A stretch of DNA of 64,000 nucleotides from Carcharhinus longimanus (Eukaryota), in assembly GCA_030264375.1 (NCBI GenBank), contig JASCQW010000137.1, positions 19,575,462-19,639,461 on the forward strand, given 5' to 3'. Numbering within the stretch: position 1 is the first letter of the stretch; each line of letters starts with the position of its first letter. Below are positions 23,231 through 37,574 of this stretch, one piece after another. Both the position numbers and the translations under genes were made by a program. The notes under the pieces are model-generated. The model was given only the letters and a program-made list of their open reading frames with translations, searched no databases and was not told the origin of the DNA.

Positions 23231-25399
23231 GTCCAGTATTTCTGTTGACAAAAGATTTGTATACTTGGGAGAACAAAATATTTTAATTCTTTAAAAGTAA
23301 GAAAGAGAGAATTGACCAAAGTGGGCACCTTTGTCTTCAATATTTGCTTGTACTGTATATATAAGAATTAAACTTTGGACAGCAGACAGACCTCTGAAGT
23401 CTTTTAGGATTTGCCTATAATTNNNNNNNNNNNNNNNNNNNNNNNNNNNNNNNNNNNNNNNNNNNNNNNNNNNNNNNNNNNNNNNNNNNNNNNNNNNNNN
23501 NNNNNNNNNNNNNNNNNNNNNNCAAGTATATTCAGAAAAGTGGCAGTAAAATATTGCTTGCAAATAAAACTTGACTGGTCAGCATTTATTTCAAATTGTT
23601 TCAAATTTATTTTAAATGTCTATTTAAATTTACAGTCACCTGCAAAATTCAGCACACTTAATGACACAGTCGCTAAGCGATTTGTAACCTGTATGACTCT
23701 AATTTCTAGTGCCTGATGAAGACATTGCCTATGAGCTGCTCTTAGAAGTTACATTTATACCTGATGTACCACTAAATCATCTCACTAAAATCATCACACT
23801 TTTTAAGTTTGTTGTACCAGATGCCACTTGGTGGGTACATGGGTTTGACTACATTGATGCCAATGAGGTGTTTATTAATATGCTTAACAGAAATAGTGCA
23901 GATCCAACTGAGTGTTGTATATTTGCTGTTACATCAGAGCATTTTGTTTATAAACAAGTTGACTGCACAAAGTAAGTCAAATTTGCCAAAGAATTGGCTA
24001 TCACTGGAATAATAAAAGCATTACAAAATATTAATTTTGAAGTTATTTAAAATCAAGCATAGTTTTGGGACATTCTCAAGTAATAAGCACTTTGTTCAAC
24101 TATATAACAAATTCATTGGGAAATCTCCAAAAATTCCCATTTGAGTATGTAGTTAGCAGTACCAAGAGAAGACAGTGAAGTGGTATTATTGAAATTATAG
24201 TGGAATATCTTGACCAACTTTGGTCATTATAGCTCAAAACATGTAACTGTTGGGAAGTTGATTTGTCAAGATTTAAATTGAGTCATGAGGGGAAGCTTAA
24301 CAGATTGTTTACTTGTATCAGCAAAGGAATACTGATTTTGGAAAATTATTTTTTAAATGAACTTTTGGCACAAATTGGACCAGAGAAACATGTCATTGTA
24401 GATGATTAAGAAACTCAGTTATTGCAGTATACCTTCACACTGAGTTGGTAACAGAAATTGTCACAGGAGTGACTGCAAAACCCAAGGCCAAAGGGTTATA
24501 CTGATTATATCCGTTCTGATTGTGGATCACCTTCTGTCATTGAGAACTTCTGCAAATTAAACTTGTTATTTTTGAGTAGTTTGTAAATAAACTATAATTT
24601 ATTCATAGCTATCCTTTTGTGCAATATTGAATCTTAAAGATAAAGTTTTAATTTGAGCTCAAGATATAGCATGTGTTTACTGACAGTCAGCAATCAAAGG
24701 TTTACAATTTCCTGTGCTGTTTCCTGTTATTTGTCATGACAGCAAAGGAATTACTGTTTACCTGAACTCCTATTGTCCTGGATACTTTGAACACATGGTC
24801 AAATGTTCATTAATAGGAAGAACATGCCTTTTGAGAGCTAACTTGTGGCTTGTACACATGAAAAGTAAAATAAGAAGAGCCTGAGTTATAACAAATCAAA
24901 CTTAAATCAAAGTATCATTTAGCTGCAATGTAAAAATTCAAATTGCCGTTCAAGTAAATTGATGGAAACATTCTTGCACAACAATTCATGACAAGTGAAC
25001 AGTGATTTGGATCAGCGTGAGGCACAGATAATGATGCATGTTGGAAGACCAGTCCTAAATATAGGTGTTCATTCAAACTGAGCCACTTTTTACTGTTTGC
25101 TAGTTTATTTTTAAGTCACCTAGAATGTTGGATCAGAAATTTTGTCCCGGTTGTTTACTGTTACTTTAAAGTAGATGGCCTTAAAAATAATAGAAGCACT
25201 ACCTGTGACAAGATTCTGTAAATTTTACGGAACACTATTGTCAGGCTTAGATGAGATGATTCCCCCAGAAAACAGAGGCGCTCTAATCACAATTTTCCTC
25301 TAGCTAAAGACGTGTTGGAAACCTAATAATTAATCGTTATTTAAACGAGAAAGGGATAGGCCAAGTAGGTACAGGCCCGTTAATCAAACCTCTCCAATA

Positions 25400-26180
25400 A
25401 GGAAAATATTAGGAAAATCTGAGTGGCATAAATTATCACTTAAACAAGAAGATTAATCAAGGATAGTAAACATAGGTTTGCTCAAGGAAACTTATGTCCA
25501 GTTGCCTTGTTAAGGAGGTACCAAGAACGATCAGTGAGGGTTGTGCAATTGATGTAACTAGCCTACGTGGATTTTAGCAAGGCCTTTGACAAAGCCTTTG
25601 CATACTAGTCAGAAAAGTAAGTCATGGGATCCGAGGGAAAGTGGCAAGTTGGATCCAAAATTGATGCAGTGGCAGGACTCAAAGCAACTGGACTGGATGG
25701 CCATTCACATTGGGATTTAGCAGAATTCAATGTTGGGATTGTTTGATTTTTGTGGAACATATCAATAGTTTGGTTTTAAATGCAGAGGGAATGATTAAGA
25801 AGTTTGCAGATGATTTTTAGAAAATGCTTATAATTGGTGGGGAAAAATGTTTCGGAAAGATATCAATGAGTTGGGTAGGTAGGCAGAAAGTGTTGAATAT
25901 GCATTTGGGAAAGGCAAATAATGCAAGGGAATTTATGTTAAAGGGTACAATATTGAAAAGTGCAGAGGGAGATAGAGATGAACCTTGGGAGTGCATATTC
26001 ACAGATTCCTAAAGGTAGCAGGCCAAGTAGATCAGCTGGCTCTTTTCATTTGTTAGCTGAATCATACAATTCTAGCATAACATGTTTATATTCTATAAAA
26101 TACTAGGCCATAGCTAGAGTCCTACTTATAGTCCGATCCCTGTGTTGCACGATGGATGTGATTATCTAATGAGGATATAG
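25400..26180 (+). mobile_element. Decayed CR1 RT fragment
   Basis: gtggattttagcaaggcctttgacaaa (DFSKAFDK) and aagtttgcagatgat (KFADD). Confidence 0.75.
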
Positions 26181-26184
26181 AGAT

Positions 26185-26815
26185 TAGAAACTAAAAACCA
26201 TTTGGCCCTTCAAGCTTGTTCTGCCATTCGTTTTGATTATGGTTGATCAGCAAATTCAGTATCCTGATTTCTCCCCCCCTCCATCCCCAAATCCCTTGAT
26301 CCTTTTAGCCCCAAAAGCTATATCTAATTTATTCTTGAAATCAGACAATATTTTGGCCTCACCTATTTTCTGTGGTAGTGAATTCCACACATTCACCATC
26401 CTCTGAGTAAAGAAATTTCTCTTCTACAAGGATTACACCTTATCCTCAAAGAATGATCCCTAGTTCTGGACTCCCCCACCATTGGGAATATTCTTTCTGA
26501 ATCTACCCTGTCTTATCCTGATAGAATTTTATAAGTTTCAATGAGATCCCCTCTCATTCTTCTAAACTCAAATGAATATAAAATCCTAACCGGCTTACTC
26601 TCTCCTCATATGAAAGACCTGCCATGCCAGGAATCAGCCTGGTAAACCTTTACTGTACTCCCTCTATAGCACGTACATCATTTCTCAGATAAGTACACCA
26701 AAGCTACACACAGTACTCCAGGTATGGCCTCACCAACACCCTACACAATTGCAGTAAAACATTCCTATCCCTATATGCAAGTTCTCTTGCTATGAAGGCC
26801 AACACACCATTTGGC
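26185..26815 (-). mobile_element. CR1 LINE 3' fragment
   Basis: Minus-strand LAFIARELAYRDRNVLLQLCRVLVRPYLEYCV. Confidence 0.8.
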
Positions 26816-27754
26816 TTTGGAAGTGTTCTCAAGTTCTTAGAATGGGATTCAGTATTTCTAGCCCCTCTCCTCACTTTCACAGACCAATCCATCTCAGAAT
26901 CAGCATAGGAATTGGGAACATGGTGTATCCCTCTCCAATTCCAGATAACACAGACCAGAGAAAGATATCGAACACAGAGCGAGCTTCTACCACACTTTGT
27001 CATGAATCTGCAAAGACAGAGCTAAACAATAATTGAAACCACAATGTTTGGGTGTCATCTGCTTAAAGTTAATTGTGCTGTAACAAGATTTATTATTTGA
27101 AAGTGGAAGGGGACACAAGATGCAAAATGAAATTGTCCGTTTATGGTCCACTTGTTAATCTTGTGTATCCACACTGTCGGCACGGCAGTGGAAAATATCC
27201 AGACAAAGTTTTGATAGAAAACATTGAACACTTTTAATCAACTTTGTTGTATAACATCTTAACTAAATCAGCCTTGCTAAAAATGGTCACCTGACATACT
27301 ATTGGAAGTAGCAACAGTTATACTGTGGGAACCAATCTAAAACAAGGCAGCACAATGATGCGGCAAGTTGATGTATGATACACTGCTCTTTAAAATAGGG
27401 TTACTTATGGAGCTGTTTATATAGCCATCTATATAGCTGTACTTTCTGAGCTGTATGTACATCAGAGGGAATTCCAGGACTTTGACCTAATGCCCGTGAA
27501 GGAATGGCGGGATATTTCCTGAGAGGATAGATAGGCCTCACTTGAGCAACTCATCCGTACGTTGTCGTCTCCAGGATTTGAACTGGCTCAGAAACAAAAG
27601 TGCTTCCTATTTTACCATAGCCCAGTGTATATTTGGAGAGTGGGACCCTTCAACTCCAATGCATCATTTGCAACTTAAATGCAAAATCTACACTGGAAGC
27701 TTCAGGCCTGATCTTACCAATGCTCTGGGGTTGGGATGGGAGATCAGACAGATT

Positions 27755-28208
27755 TTAAAGCATTCTTTTACAGGATGTGGGCATCACTGCCAATGCCGAC
27801 ATTTGCTATTCATCCATAATTATCCTTGAGATTGCGGTGGTGAGCTGTGTTCTTGAACTGCTGCAGTCCATGTGCTGTAGATACACCCACAGTGCTGTTA
27901 GGAAGGGCATTCCAGGTTTTTGAAACAGCGGCACTGAAGAAATGGTGATATATTTTCACATCAGAATAGGGAACTTGCAGGAGGTGTTCTCATTCCTCTG
28001 CCGCCCTTGTTCATTGTGTTTGGAAGATGCTGTGGAAGGAACCTTGGTGGGTACCTGTGGAGCATCTTGTAGATGGTGTACACTGCGGCTACCACACATC
28101 AGTGGGGGAACAGGTGAACATTTAAGGTGGGGATGGAGGACGAATCAAGTGAGCTGCTTTGTCCTGGATGGTGTTAAGCTTCTTGAGTGTTGTTGGAGCT
28201 GCACCCAC
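27755..28208 (-). mobile_element. CR1-like LINE 3' end (same family as 39877-42861)
   Basis: AAPTTLKKLNTIQDKAAHLI on the minus strand plus the shared tail. Confidence 0.7.
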
Positions 28209-28329
28209 GTTTAAAAACCAATTTTTAAANNNNNNNNNNNNNNNNNNNNNNNNNNNNNNNNNNNNNNNNNNNNNNNNNNNNNNNNNNNNNNNNNNNNNNN
28301 NNNNNNNNNNNNNNNNNNNNNNNNNNNNN

Positions 28330-28665
28330 GGATATTTAATTGTAGTGTATAAAAGTTTGAGGTCCAAATAGAATGGATAGAAAGGACCTATTTCCCTTAT
28401 TAGTGAGGTTAATATTAATTTAATAGATTTGACAGATTAAAAATTTTGCCTGGAGGGTGATGGACCTTGAACTTATTGCTTGAAAGGGTGGTAGAAGCAG
28501 CAACCTCTCACTGCATTTTTAAAAAAAGCAATGTGGCTGTGCAGTTGATGTGCCATAACCAAAGTTGTGAACCCTAGGGTGCAAATTGGGATTAGGCTGG
28601 AATCTTTGTCTGGCACAGTTACAATGGGCTGAATGACCACCTCCTTTGATGATTTCTGTGATCTG
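28330..28665 (+). mobile_element. CR1 3' fragment
   Basis: atgggctgaatgaccacctcct tail motif. Confidence 0.6.
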
Positions 28666-28825
28666 GCTTCTTTTGATGGAGCCATAATTGAGTAACAGTA
28701 TTCTTGGTGGGAAGAAGTTGGTGAAAGCCATAAACTTCAAATTTGTCTGCCCTAGTCCTTCCCAAACTGTGAAAGCTTAAGCTGTTCAATATGAAAACAG
28801 ATATTCCAGCTTCTCAATAAAGGGA

Positions 28826-29625
28826 TTTTTTTCAATCATTCGTGAAGTGTGAACTCAGAGCCAAGGTCATAATTTATTATCCATCCTTATTTATCCTTGA
28901 GGAACCACCAGCATAAATTGCAGCAATCTGGTGGTGATACTCCATTGATATTGATAGGGAGGGATTTCTAGAAATTTGACTATAATGAAGGAACACACCT
29001 TATATTTCCAAATCAAGTTGATCTTTGACCTGATTATGTTCCCATCTGTTTGCTGTCATTGCCTTTTATGTAGTAAAAGTCACATGCATGGAAGGTGATG
29101 ACGGTTACTCCTAGAGCCACTTCCTTTTAATCATGTACCATTGTGCCACCATTGGGTGTCTTAAGCTGGTGCATTTGAACAAACCAGCAGATGGTGATGG
29201 ACTCTTTGCTAGCTGAAAGATATCATTTTGACTCAGTTTGTCAGACTGTTTGACAAGCCTCTAATGCCAAGGTTGTGCTGGTTGGCCTATGGTTTTATTC
29301 TTGTATTTTGTTGTAGCGGTTTAGCACCACTAGTAGCTTGCTAGGCTATTACAAGGGTTAGTTAAGAATCAACCGTGTTTGTCTGTCAGGAATCACAGGC
29401 CAGATTGAATAAGAATGGTTGATTTCTTCCCAAAAGAGCATTAGTGAACTGAATGGGTTTTGATGACAGTTTGCAAGTTACCTGGCCACCATTACTGCTT
29501 TTTATTCCAGTTTGATTTAATTAACTGAATTTAAATTCCCCAGTTGCTATGTTGGAATTTAAAGTCTCTGGATCATTAGGCAGTCTCTGAATTGCATGTC
29601 TAGTAACAACCATTATGCTACTCTA
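28826..29625 (-). mobile_element. ~800-bp internally deleted tRNA-headed LINE derivative
   Basis: Same tail (atttattatccatcc) and head (ctgaatttaaattccccagttgctatgttggaattt) as 1990-2635 and 39877-42861, more diverged. Confidence 0.55.
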
Positions 29626-29669
29626 CCTGTAATTCATACTGTCTGATGTAAATTGCAGAAAGTCTGCTT

Positions 29670-29835
29670 ATAACTGCATATTGGGTTACTGGAGTGATAT
29701 CCATCATTGTAGCCTGATGTTGAATTTGGATGGCTGTCAAGTAGAGGACCTGTTTGTTTAGACATAAAAGATCCTATGATGCTATTTGAAGAAAGCAGAG
29801 TTCACCAAATTGAGTGGTTCGTCTAATGGCTGTGA
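29670..29835 (+). mobile_element. DeuSINE (SacSINE1/AmnSINE1-like) fragment
   Basis: Deu core-like gacataaaagatcctatgatgctatttgaagaaagcagagtt. Confidence 0.55.
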
Positions 29836-30339
29836 GCCAATACAGGCACAAGGACTCTAACACTCTTTATCCTTTTAAAAGTAATTTATTTTGATCTGTG
29901 TTTTATGTGCTTTGATTTGTAAAGAGCTAGATAAATGCATGTATTGAGAATTAATTCAATTGCAGCACAGTGGTCAGGAAGAATGCCAATATTGATCAGT
30001 TAAGGTGGTCAAAGATGTTCAGTTGAGCATGTTACCATGATGACTACAGGGAAAGGTGATATGACAGTCCCCCAAATGACTCCTTTCCTGTTACAAAAGA
30101 TTTAATATTATTGCTCTTGGGTGCAAATTTATTTTCAGTATTGCTTTTTAAAGTTTAGAGAGAAATAAATGTTGCATACTGTAAAATATTGCTATATTGA
30201 CTAAATTGCTTCCCAGCAATTGGTTCCCTCTAACATGATGTATCACTTTACCATTCCCTTATTTTTAACATGCAATTTGAGTTAATTCAGTTTGCACGTT
30301 AGCTGAATCTACAGATAATTGGAATTATTGTATTTTTAA

Positions 30340-30745
30340 CATGTCTCTTTTTAGAAGGTAAAGCTGAGCATTGAATGAATTATGAGGAGAGATTATAAAA
30401 ACTAGAATTGTATTCCCTGAAGTTTAGAAGTTTGTGGAGTAATTTATCAAAACTTTCAAAATACTAAGGGAACAGAGGATGGATAGAGAAAAAAATATTT
30501 TGACTGGTTGGGGAGTCAAGGATGAGAGGGAATGAAATTAGGAAACACTCCACACATAAGGACATGGAACTGTATTTCACAACTGACAATGCTTCATGAA
30601 TTAATTTTAAATTTGTGATTGATTTTCTTTTAGTGAAAATGATTAGGGGATAAGGGGTGAAGGTAACCAGACCAGCTATTATCTCATTGAATGCAGAACA
30701 GGCTTAAAAGATTAAATGGATGACTATTATTCCTATGTTTCTATT
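30340..30745 (+). mobile_element. CR1 3' fragment
   Basis: ctagaattgtattccctgaagtttagaag ... tcctatgtttcta. Confidence 0.6.
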
Positions 30746-31204
30746 GCTTGTACTAAGGCAGTTTGTTTATTAAGAATATGAAAATTTATTTCACAGCATT
30801 CAATTTCTGAACATTTGGATATATAACCCCATGTTGATGGTGGGAGAATAGATTGAAAAAGATTGGATGGGATGACCAAATGCTTGGCTAGAGAGTTGGG
30901 TTTTTAGAATGAGGAAGAAAAATGACTTGAGTCCTGGCAATTCAGTGTTATGAATTGTTGATAGGTTTTAACTGTGCTGTAGGAGCTTGAGATTCCAAAC
31001 TTGGAAGACCTCTACAATGGGCTTTGAAGTTTCTGAGACATTTTAAACTACACAGTTGTTTTCAGAAGTTTTTTATTGTACTTTGCATCAAGCATGTGGA
31101 TTGCCAATTATAAGCTGGATCATAATTAGTATCAATTCAAAGAATCATGATAAATGTTTATATTGTGCAGACGTATAATGCTAAGCCTACTTGGGAAATC
31201 TGTC

Positions 31205-32165
31205 ATTTGTCTAATAGAGAAAGCAATGTTGGTTGTTGAGTTCTTGAATATTGATCAGTCCAGCAAGTCAAAGCAGTCCTGTTGGAGCTCATCTGTTGCC
31301 TCAGATCAACATTGCATGATTTTCTTTCTGATTCTCCCATTTTAGTTTCTGCTTGTGCTGGAAGCAGGAGCACCGACTTGTGGTCTGATTCGCTGAAGTG
31401 TAGAAGGGAGATAGTGATAGGCACGTTCGATGTTTGTGTAGCAGCGGTCAAAGATGTTGGGCCTCTAGTGGGACAGGCAATATATTGATGGTATCTTGAT
31501 AGGATATTCTTGAGATTGAAGTCACTACGGTCCTCACCAATTTTTGTGGATACACTATAGAATGCATCCGATACGGTAGTATCACAGCTTGGTGTGGCTC
31601 CTGCTCTGATCAAGACTACAAGAACTACAAAGGGTTGTGAACACAGCTCAGTTCTTGAATATTGATCAGTCCACCAAGTCAAAGCAGTCCTGTTGGAGCT
31701 CATCTGTAGCCTCAGATCAACATTGCATGATTTTCTTTATGATTCACCCATTTTAGTTTCTGCTTGTGCTGGAAGCAGGAGCACAGACTTGTGGTCTGAT
31801 TCCCATCCATTACCTCTGCCTACACTTCCTGCTGCTTCAGGAAAGCAGCCAGCATAATCAAAGCCCCTACATAGCCCAGATATACTGTCTTCCACCTTTC
31901 GTTGGGAAAAAGATACAAAGCTGAAAACAGGTACCAGTGGACTTGAGAATAGCTTCTTCCCTGCTGTCGTCAGACTTTTGAATGGTCCTACCATATACTA
32001 AACCAATCTTTCTCTTCACACTACCTGAAACTGCAATACTATATTCTGACTGTATCCTTTTCCTTTTCACCTATGTACTTCAGGAAGGACATGTTTTACC
32101 TGTATACTGTACAAGAATCAACACTTTTCACTATTTCAGTACAGCTGACAAATCAGATCAGTCAA
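31205..32165. mobile_element. Rearranged Rex1-type LINE: inverted endonuclease piece plus sense 3' end
   Basis: Minus-strand DFNLKNILSRYHQYIACPTRG and SDHKSVLLLPA; plus-strand RT end and tail from ~31525. Confidence 0.8.
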
Positions 32166-33289
32166 TCAAGCCTCAGAATATCATGTAACCTGGTTTGTGT
32201 TCTTGTGTGCTTGGCTTGTACAAAGATAGTAATCATATCTTTTTCAACATTAGAGAAGCCTGTGTCAAAGTTTTGTGCTTTTCTTTGCTCTTTCCTACAC
32301 ATGTAATTCAGTGTTTCCCAGTTGGGTCGCAAGATGAAATTTTGGGGTCGTGGGCTCTGGGGCAGCAATGCTTGCCATGGAGCACTGAATGAGTTGCAGC
32401 AGTCTTCAAGCTTCAGAATGAGGTCAAAGAGGGAGAAAAATTGAGAAGCATTGGTGTATTGTAACAATTTCTAATCTGGGAGGAGGAAGAACTATCCAAA
32501 TATTACTTAAAATGATAGACAATCATTTTCACAGAAGTCACATTTGTTTAATGATAGGGAATTCCAAGCCATCACATTTGTTTGTCTGTAACTGAAGGGA
32601 ATATTGGCCTGGAATTTCCTGACAATTTGCCTGAAACAATCTAACACCAACTTTCCAAGTGAAAAATAGTTGCACAGAATTCCCTTGATCTTTTACCCTG
32701 ATTCTGCACAATTGCTGAAACATAGCACCTAGCCCCAGTCAAATGACCAGATCTCAAGAATTTCCAGTATTTACACACTAGTTCTGAGCAGGTTGTGAAT
32801 GTGCCTAAAACGTTAGGTGCAGCAAGATCCAGTCATTTTTAAGAACTTTGATTTGAAATGGAAAGTTCTGTGGGCCGATGGCAAAGACCTGAGGATTGGA
32901 ACTGATGTATTTTTCAAAGAGCCAACGCAGACATCATGGGGTCAGTTGACTGTCTCCCATGTTCTTAGATTTGTGATTTTTAATTTTCTTTATCCCTGAA
33001 TCTTGTATAATAAAATGAAACCATCACTGACTAGAATGTTTACATTCTCTGACTTGTGCAAGTACAAATGATAACAGAAATCTTTCAATCAGTGAAGGTT
33101 TCAGAATTAAATCAATAAATATTCTCCGCCCCATTCTTAAACTGTTTTCTCTCAATGCCCTCATCTTGCAATTTGGTAAATACTTCACGTTAAATTTACT
33201 GATGAAGTATGTATTTGAAATTTGCTCTCTGGCTCTTTAACTAGATCAACTTTCTTGGATGTTTGAGTGCTACTGAAGAATATAAGCAT

Positions 33290-34580
33290 TGCAAATTTTG
33301 CACCCCTGATTTTTAAAAAATATAACGATAAGCTTGGTAAGTATGACTTGACAGTCATAGGAAAGCTACTGCATGATCAAGGAAAATATTAATTCCCACT
33401 TGGAGAAGTCTTGGTTAGTAACCACTGTGCATTTGCTAAATGCAAATTGAATCTGACCAACCTGATTGAGGTCTTTGATAAAATTAGAATGTTGGTGATG
33501 ATAGTACAGCAGATGTGAACTTTCAAAAGCCAGTTCATGAAGAGCTATGTAGCAGTCTTCTTTGGAAAACAGAAGCACGTGATGTTAACCGAAACAGTGG
33601 TAACTTGGCTTTGTAATTGGCTGCAGGATAAGGAGTCAAGAGANNNNNNNNNNNNGTTCCTCTGACTAAAGAGAAGTATGTAGTGGATTAATCCAGAGAT
33701 TGTTTGAATCATAGCTTTTCTTTATATAAATAAACAAATTCAAAGTTAATGAATGATTCAAAATTAAGCGACATGGTAAATAGTGAACAGCATTCACGAG
33801 GGCATAGACGTGGGAGGAAAGATTCTTAGTGGATGCAATTTAATACAAATAAGCGAAGTGTTGCACTTTGGGAAGAACAACATTGAGGGATAATATTATC
33901 TAGATAGTACTACTTCGAGTGGGTACAAGAGTGGAAGGACCAGTTATGTACAATCTCAAACCTTTGAAGGTGGAAAAGTAAGGTGATAGGATACTTGGCT
34001 TGGTAAATAGGGGCACTGAATACAAAACCTAAAGTCGTGCTAAGCCAACGAAAATTATTATGCTTATTTGTTTTCATTTTTGGGCACCACATTTTAGGAA
34101 GGATGTCAAGGACCTGAATAGGGTAGAGAAAACATATAATATGCTGATACTAGGGATGAGAGACTTCGGTTATGTGGAGAAATAGGAAAGTTGTGATTCT
34201 CCTTCAAACAGAGGAGGTTAGTTGGAGACCTAATAGAAGTATTCAAAATTGAAGGATTTTGGCATGGAAAGAGGGAGAGGCTGTCCTGGCAAATGGGCCT
34301 AAAGCCAAGGATCGCCATTAAAATAATCAGCAAAAGAACTGGAGGAGAAGTTAGATTTTTTTTTAAGAAAAGTTTAAGATCTGGAATACAGCAGTGTTAC
34401 TACTGTTCAAAACAGATTCCACAGGATGTTTCAAAAGCAATTGGATATGAATTTGAGCCTTAATTTGCAGGGTTATGGGGAGAAAGCGAGGTGTGAGATT
34501 AAATTAGACAACTCTTTCAAAGAATCAATATAAGCATGATGGACTGAGTGATCTACTTCTAGGCTGTAACATCTAATAAT
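33290..34580 (+). mobile_element. Decayed CR1 ORF2 fragment
   Basis: gactttcaaaagc-like motif, ttttgggcaccacattttaggaaggatgtc, and a 3' tail. Confidence 0.65.
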
Positions 34581-36000
34581 TTCAAAGATCAGTTAATGGA
34601 GTTGTCATGTTAAAATCCACGGTTTCTGAAGAAGTTGATGTCTTCAGGTTTTTAAAAAAACTGTAGCTACTTAAATTTAAGAAAAGACCATCTGTGAGTG
34701 AATTTAAATTGTTCGTTTATTAAAAAGTTTATTTTAAGAATTGGATCTTTCAGTTAGAGGTGGTAGGGTGAAGGTGCGAGTGAACAAATTTGCTTTGGTG
34801 CATTTTCAGTGATTTGGTTTTTGCCCATCTATCAGAGATATAATGACCCAGAATTTGCAGTGAAACTGTCAGTATTGGCTTGCATTGTACAGTGTAAAAC
34901 TGACTGCAATTTATGTATTCCACGAATGTGGAAATCTGGAAGTTGCTCTTCCGCAGGGTCCACTAGTGTAGTCATTGTGGTGGAACCAACACTGGCAGTT
35001 GTGTTAGTACTTCAAATTTAAGCTCCGCTCTCGCTTTTGAAAATGTTAAAATGTTGTTGAGTGAGGGAGAACTAACTTTTGAACATTATTCTAAGTTATA
35101 ATTACTACAGGAAATTTCTGTAGCTCTTTAAAAAAAAATTTTTATCATTCCCTATAGTTAATGTTTCCATGACTTTAAAATAACAGCTTCTATCTTAATT
35201 CAAAGAGTGTCCCCTAATCTTTATTTTGCTTTTTGTAATTTTGCTTTCTGTAAAATGGTTAATAAATGAATTATCCATCTAGAGTTTATCTGAAAATGGA
35301 ACATATGCAATAGCCACATTTTAAAAACCTTGTTAACTTTTGGCACAGGGATCTAACTGCCTGCAATGTTTACTATGCATTTTTTTTGTGGTAATCATAT
35401 CAACAAACTTTTCTGGTATCCTCTTTATTATGTAGTCATACATCTTCATTTTCTAATTATTTTATTTATTTTGACTATAGTTGACCTAGCTTAGTCTATT
35501 GTAATGTAAATTTATATGCGGTATCTGAAAATCAAAATGATTTGAAATTCAAAATGCAGTTAGCCCCGAGGGTTTTGGACAAAGAATAGTTGACCTGTAA
35601 TTGTACTCTTTACTTCCTCATTTGTGCTTTGAGAGAACTCTTCAGTCTGGCTGCTTGACTTGTTCGATGACATGACAGTTGCTGGAAGTCATAAATACCT
35701 AGTGATGGCACCAGATTGAAAGCTACATCCGAAAAAGACAGTGCTTCCTAAACTATTCTGTATGTGACCCCATTTTATTGCTTTTAAATTGATGCAACTT
35801 CATAGTGCATTCAAAAGGTCATTGGGAGGAATTGTAATGTCGTTTTGAAGACTGAATTTTGCCTAGATTGATTCCCAGCAACCGAGGGAGAAATTGCTTT
35901 TGCTTAAGGAATAATTGAATCATTCAGAGGCCATTCAATCCGTCGTGTTTGTGCTGAAACTGAGAGTAACATTTTTTTTCTTTATTTCTTCTCAAAAAAG

Positions 36001-36174
36001 GAGGAGGCCAAACAGATGCACAATCAGCAGAAATCAGGTTCTCGATCTGATTCGCGTGAGGATGAAATTTCTCCACCTCCACCCATGAATCCGGTAGTGA
36101 AGGGGCGTCGACGACGTGGGGCAATTAGTGCTGAGGTTTACACTGAGGAAGATGCTGCATCATATGTGAGAAAG
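36001..36174 (+). CDS. PRKAR1A: PKA RI-alpha coding exon 2 (linker, pseudosubstrate RRGAI)
   Basis: [58 protein letters not shown]; AG/GT flanks. Confidence 0.97.
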
Positions 36175-37321
36175 GTAGAAACAAATCCTATACAGACTAT
36201 ATTATGTTCAGAATAATTCCTTGACAGATAATTCACTGGTATTGTGTAAGCTCCCTTCCACTGCTTGGTTACTTCAGGTTGTATACTAGTTAATTATCAT
36301 TTCAAAGCAAGTTTCACAGATCATGCAGTGAAGTTACTTCTGAACTGTGACATTTGATTGTAAGACGAAGGGTAGAGTTTCAGTTAGTAATATCAGTCTC
36401 ATCCAGACAGGCACTGTTGGTGTAAAGGATTGGAGGAAGTTAACTGTAAGTGAGTAGTGCCTAAAAACACTTGTTTGTGTTCCATAAATTTTTATACTGG
36501 TTTGAAATTTAATTTAGCCGATCAGGAGAAAATTCTTTTTTATCCCATCCAAAAAAAACAAATTCAAATTATGGTCCCTACAAGAGAAACAAACAAGATC
36601 TAAGCTGACAAGATGAGGCATTGCACCCTATCTTGGGCTTGATTTGATGCTTTATCTTAGCAAAACACAAAGATACAATTTTTTTAAAGCTATCGGGCAA
36701 TACTTTTGTTGTACCTCATCGGCTACCCGATCATTGACTCTACCCCAGTGTTGGAGATCAATCTGCCTGATTGTTGACCCTCCCCTGCCAGATAAGTATC
36801 CTAATCAGGAGAGACCGACAAAATAGTCCATGCAGACTGTCAAAATTGCAAGATTTCTATCGCTGGCTGAAACTTTTTAAAATTACAATCATTTTCTTAA
36901 GTGNNNNATACTCGTGTGTCAATTTCAAAACTTTCAGTGCATCAAGAAATGCTTAATTTACTATGAAACCGACTAGTGTATACGGGATGCTACCAAATGA
37001 TTCAATGTAGATTCTGGTGTCGTTCTCAGTGCCTTTTAAATCGGATCAATCAAAGAGAATGACTGGATGCTTTTTTAAAATGCTCGACACCCTTAATGCA
37101 TTGAGTACTTTTTGATGGAAAAAGGAAAGCAAAAGGAAATCAATTGTGATTGTGCCAGTGCATTTTATGGAAACCTGATCTGTTGCCTGACCAACACAGT
37201 TTTGAAAACACTTTCCTTAAATTGTCCAAAACAGAAACTCTACTCAATAATATTTTACTATTTTAATCTTTTGTTCTCAGTTACCTATTAAAAGCAGAAT
37301 ATGCTTATTTTATAACTGTAG

Positions 37322-37414
<93 letters not shown>

Positions 37415-37574
37415 TGAGGCATTTCTGATGAGGTTCTAACTGATTGCAAAGATAATTTCCTTTGTTATAGAACTTATTCTTCTCCACGTTAGCTTCATTG
37501 ATTGAGTTGATTGAAACTCATTACTGAATCAAAAATCTTTGGGCTCAAGTTTCATTTTAGAATTATTTGCATAA

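Noticed and set aside
35995-36006. Tandem acceptors AAG-GAG-GAG at exon 2
   Set aside because: GAG acceptors are rarely used, and the AAG gives the conserved EEAK start
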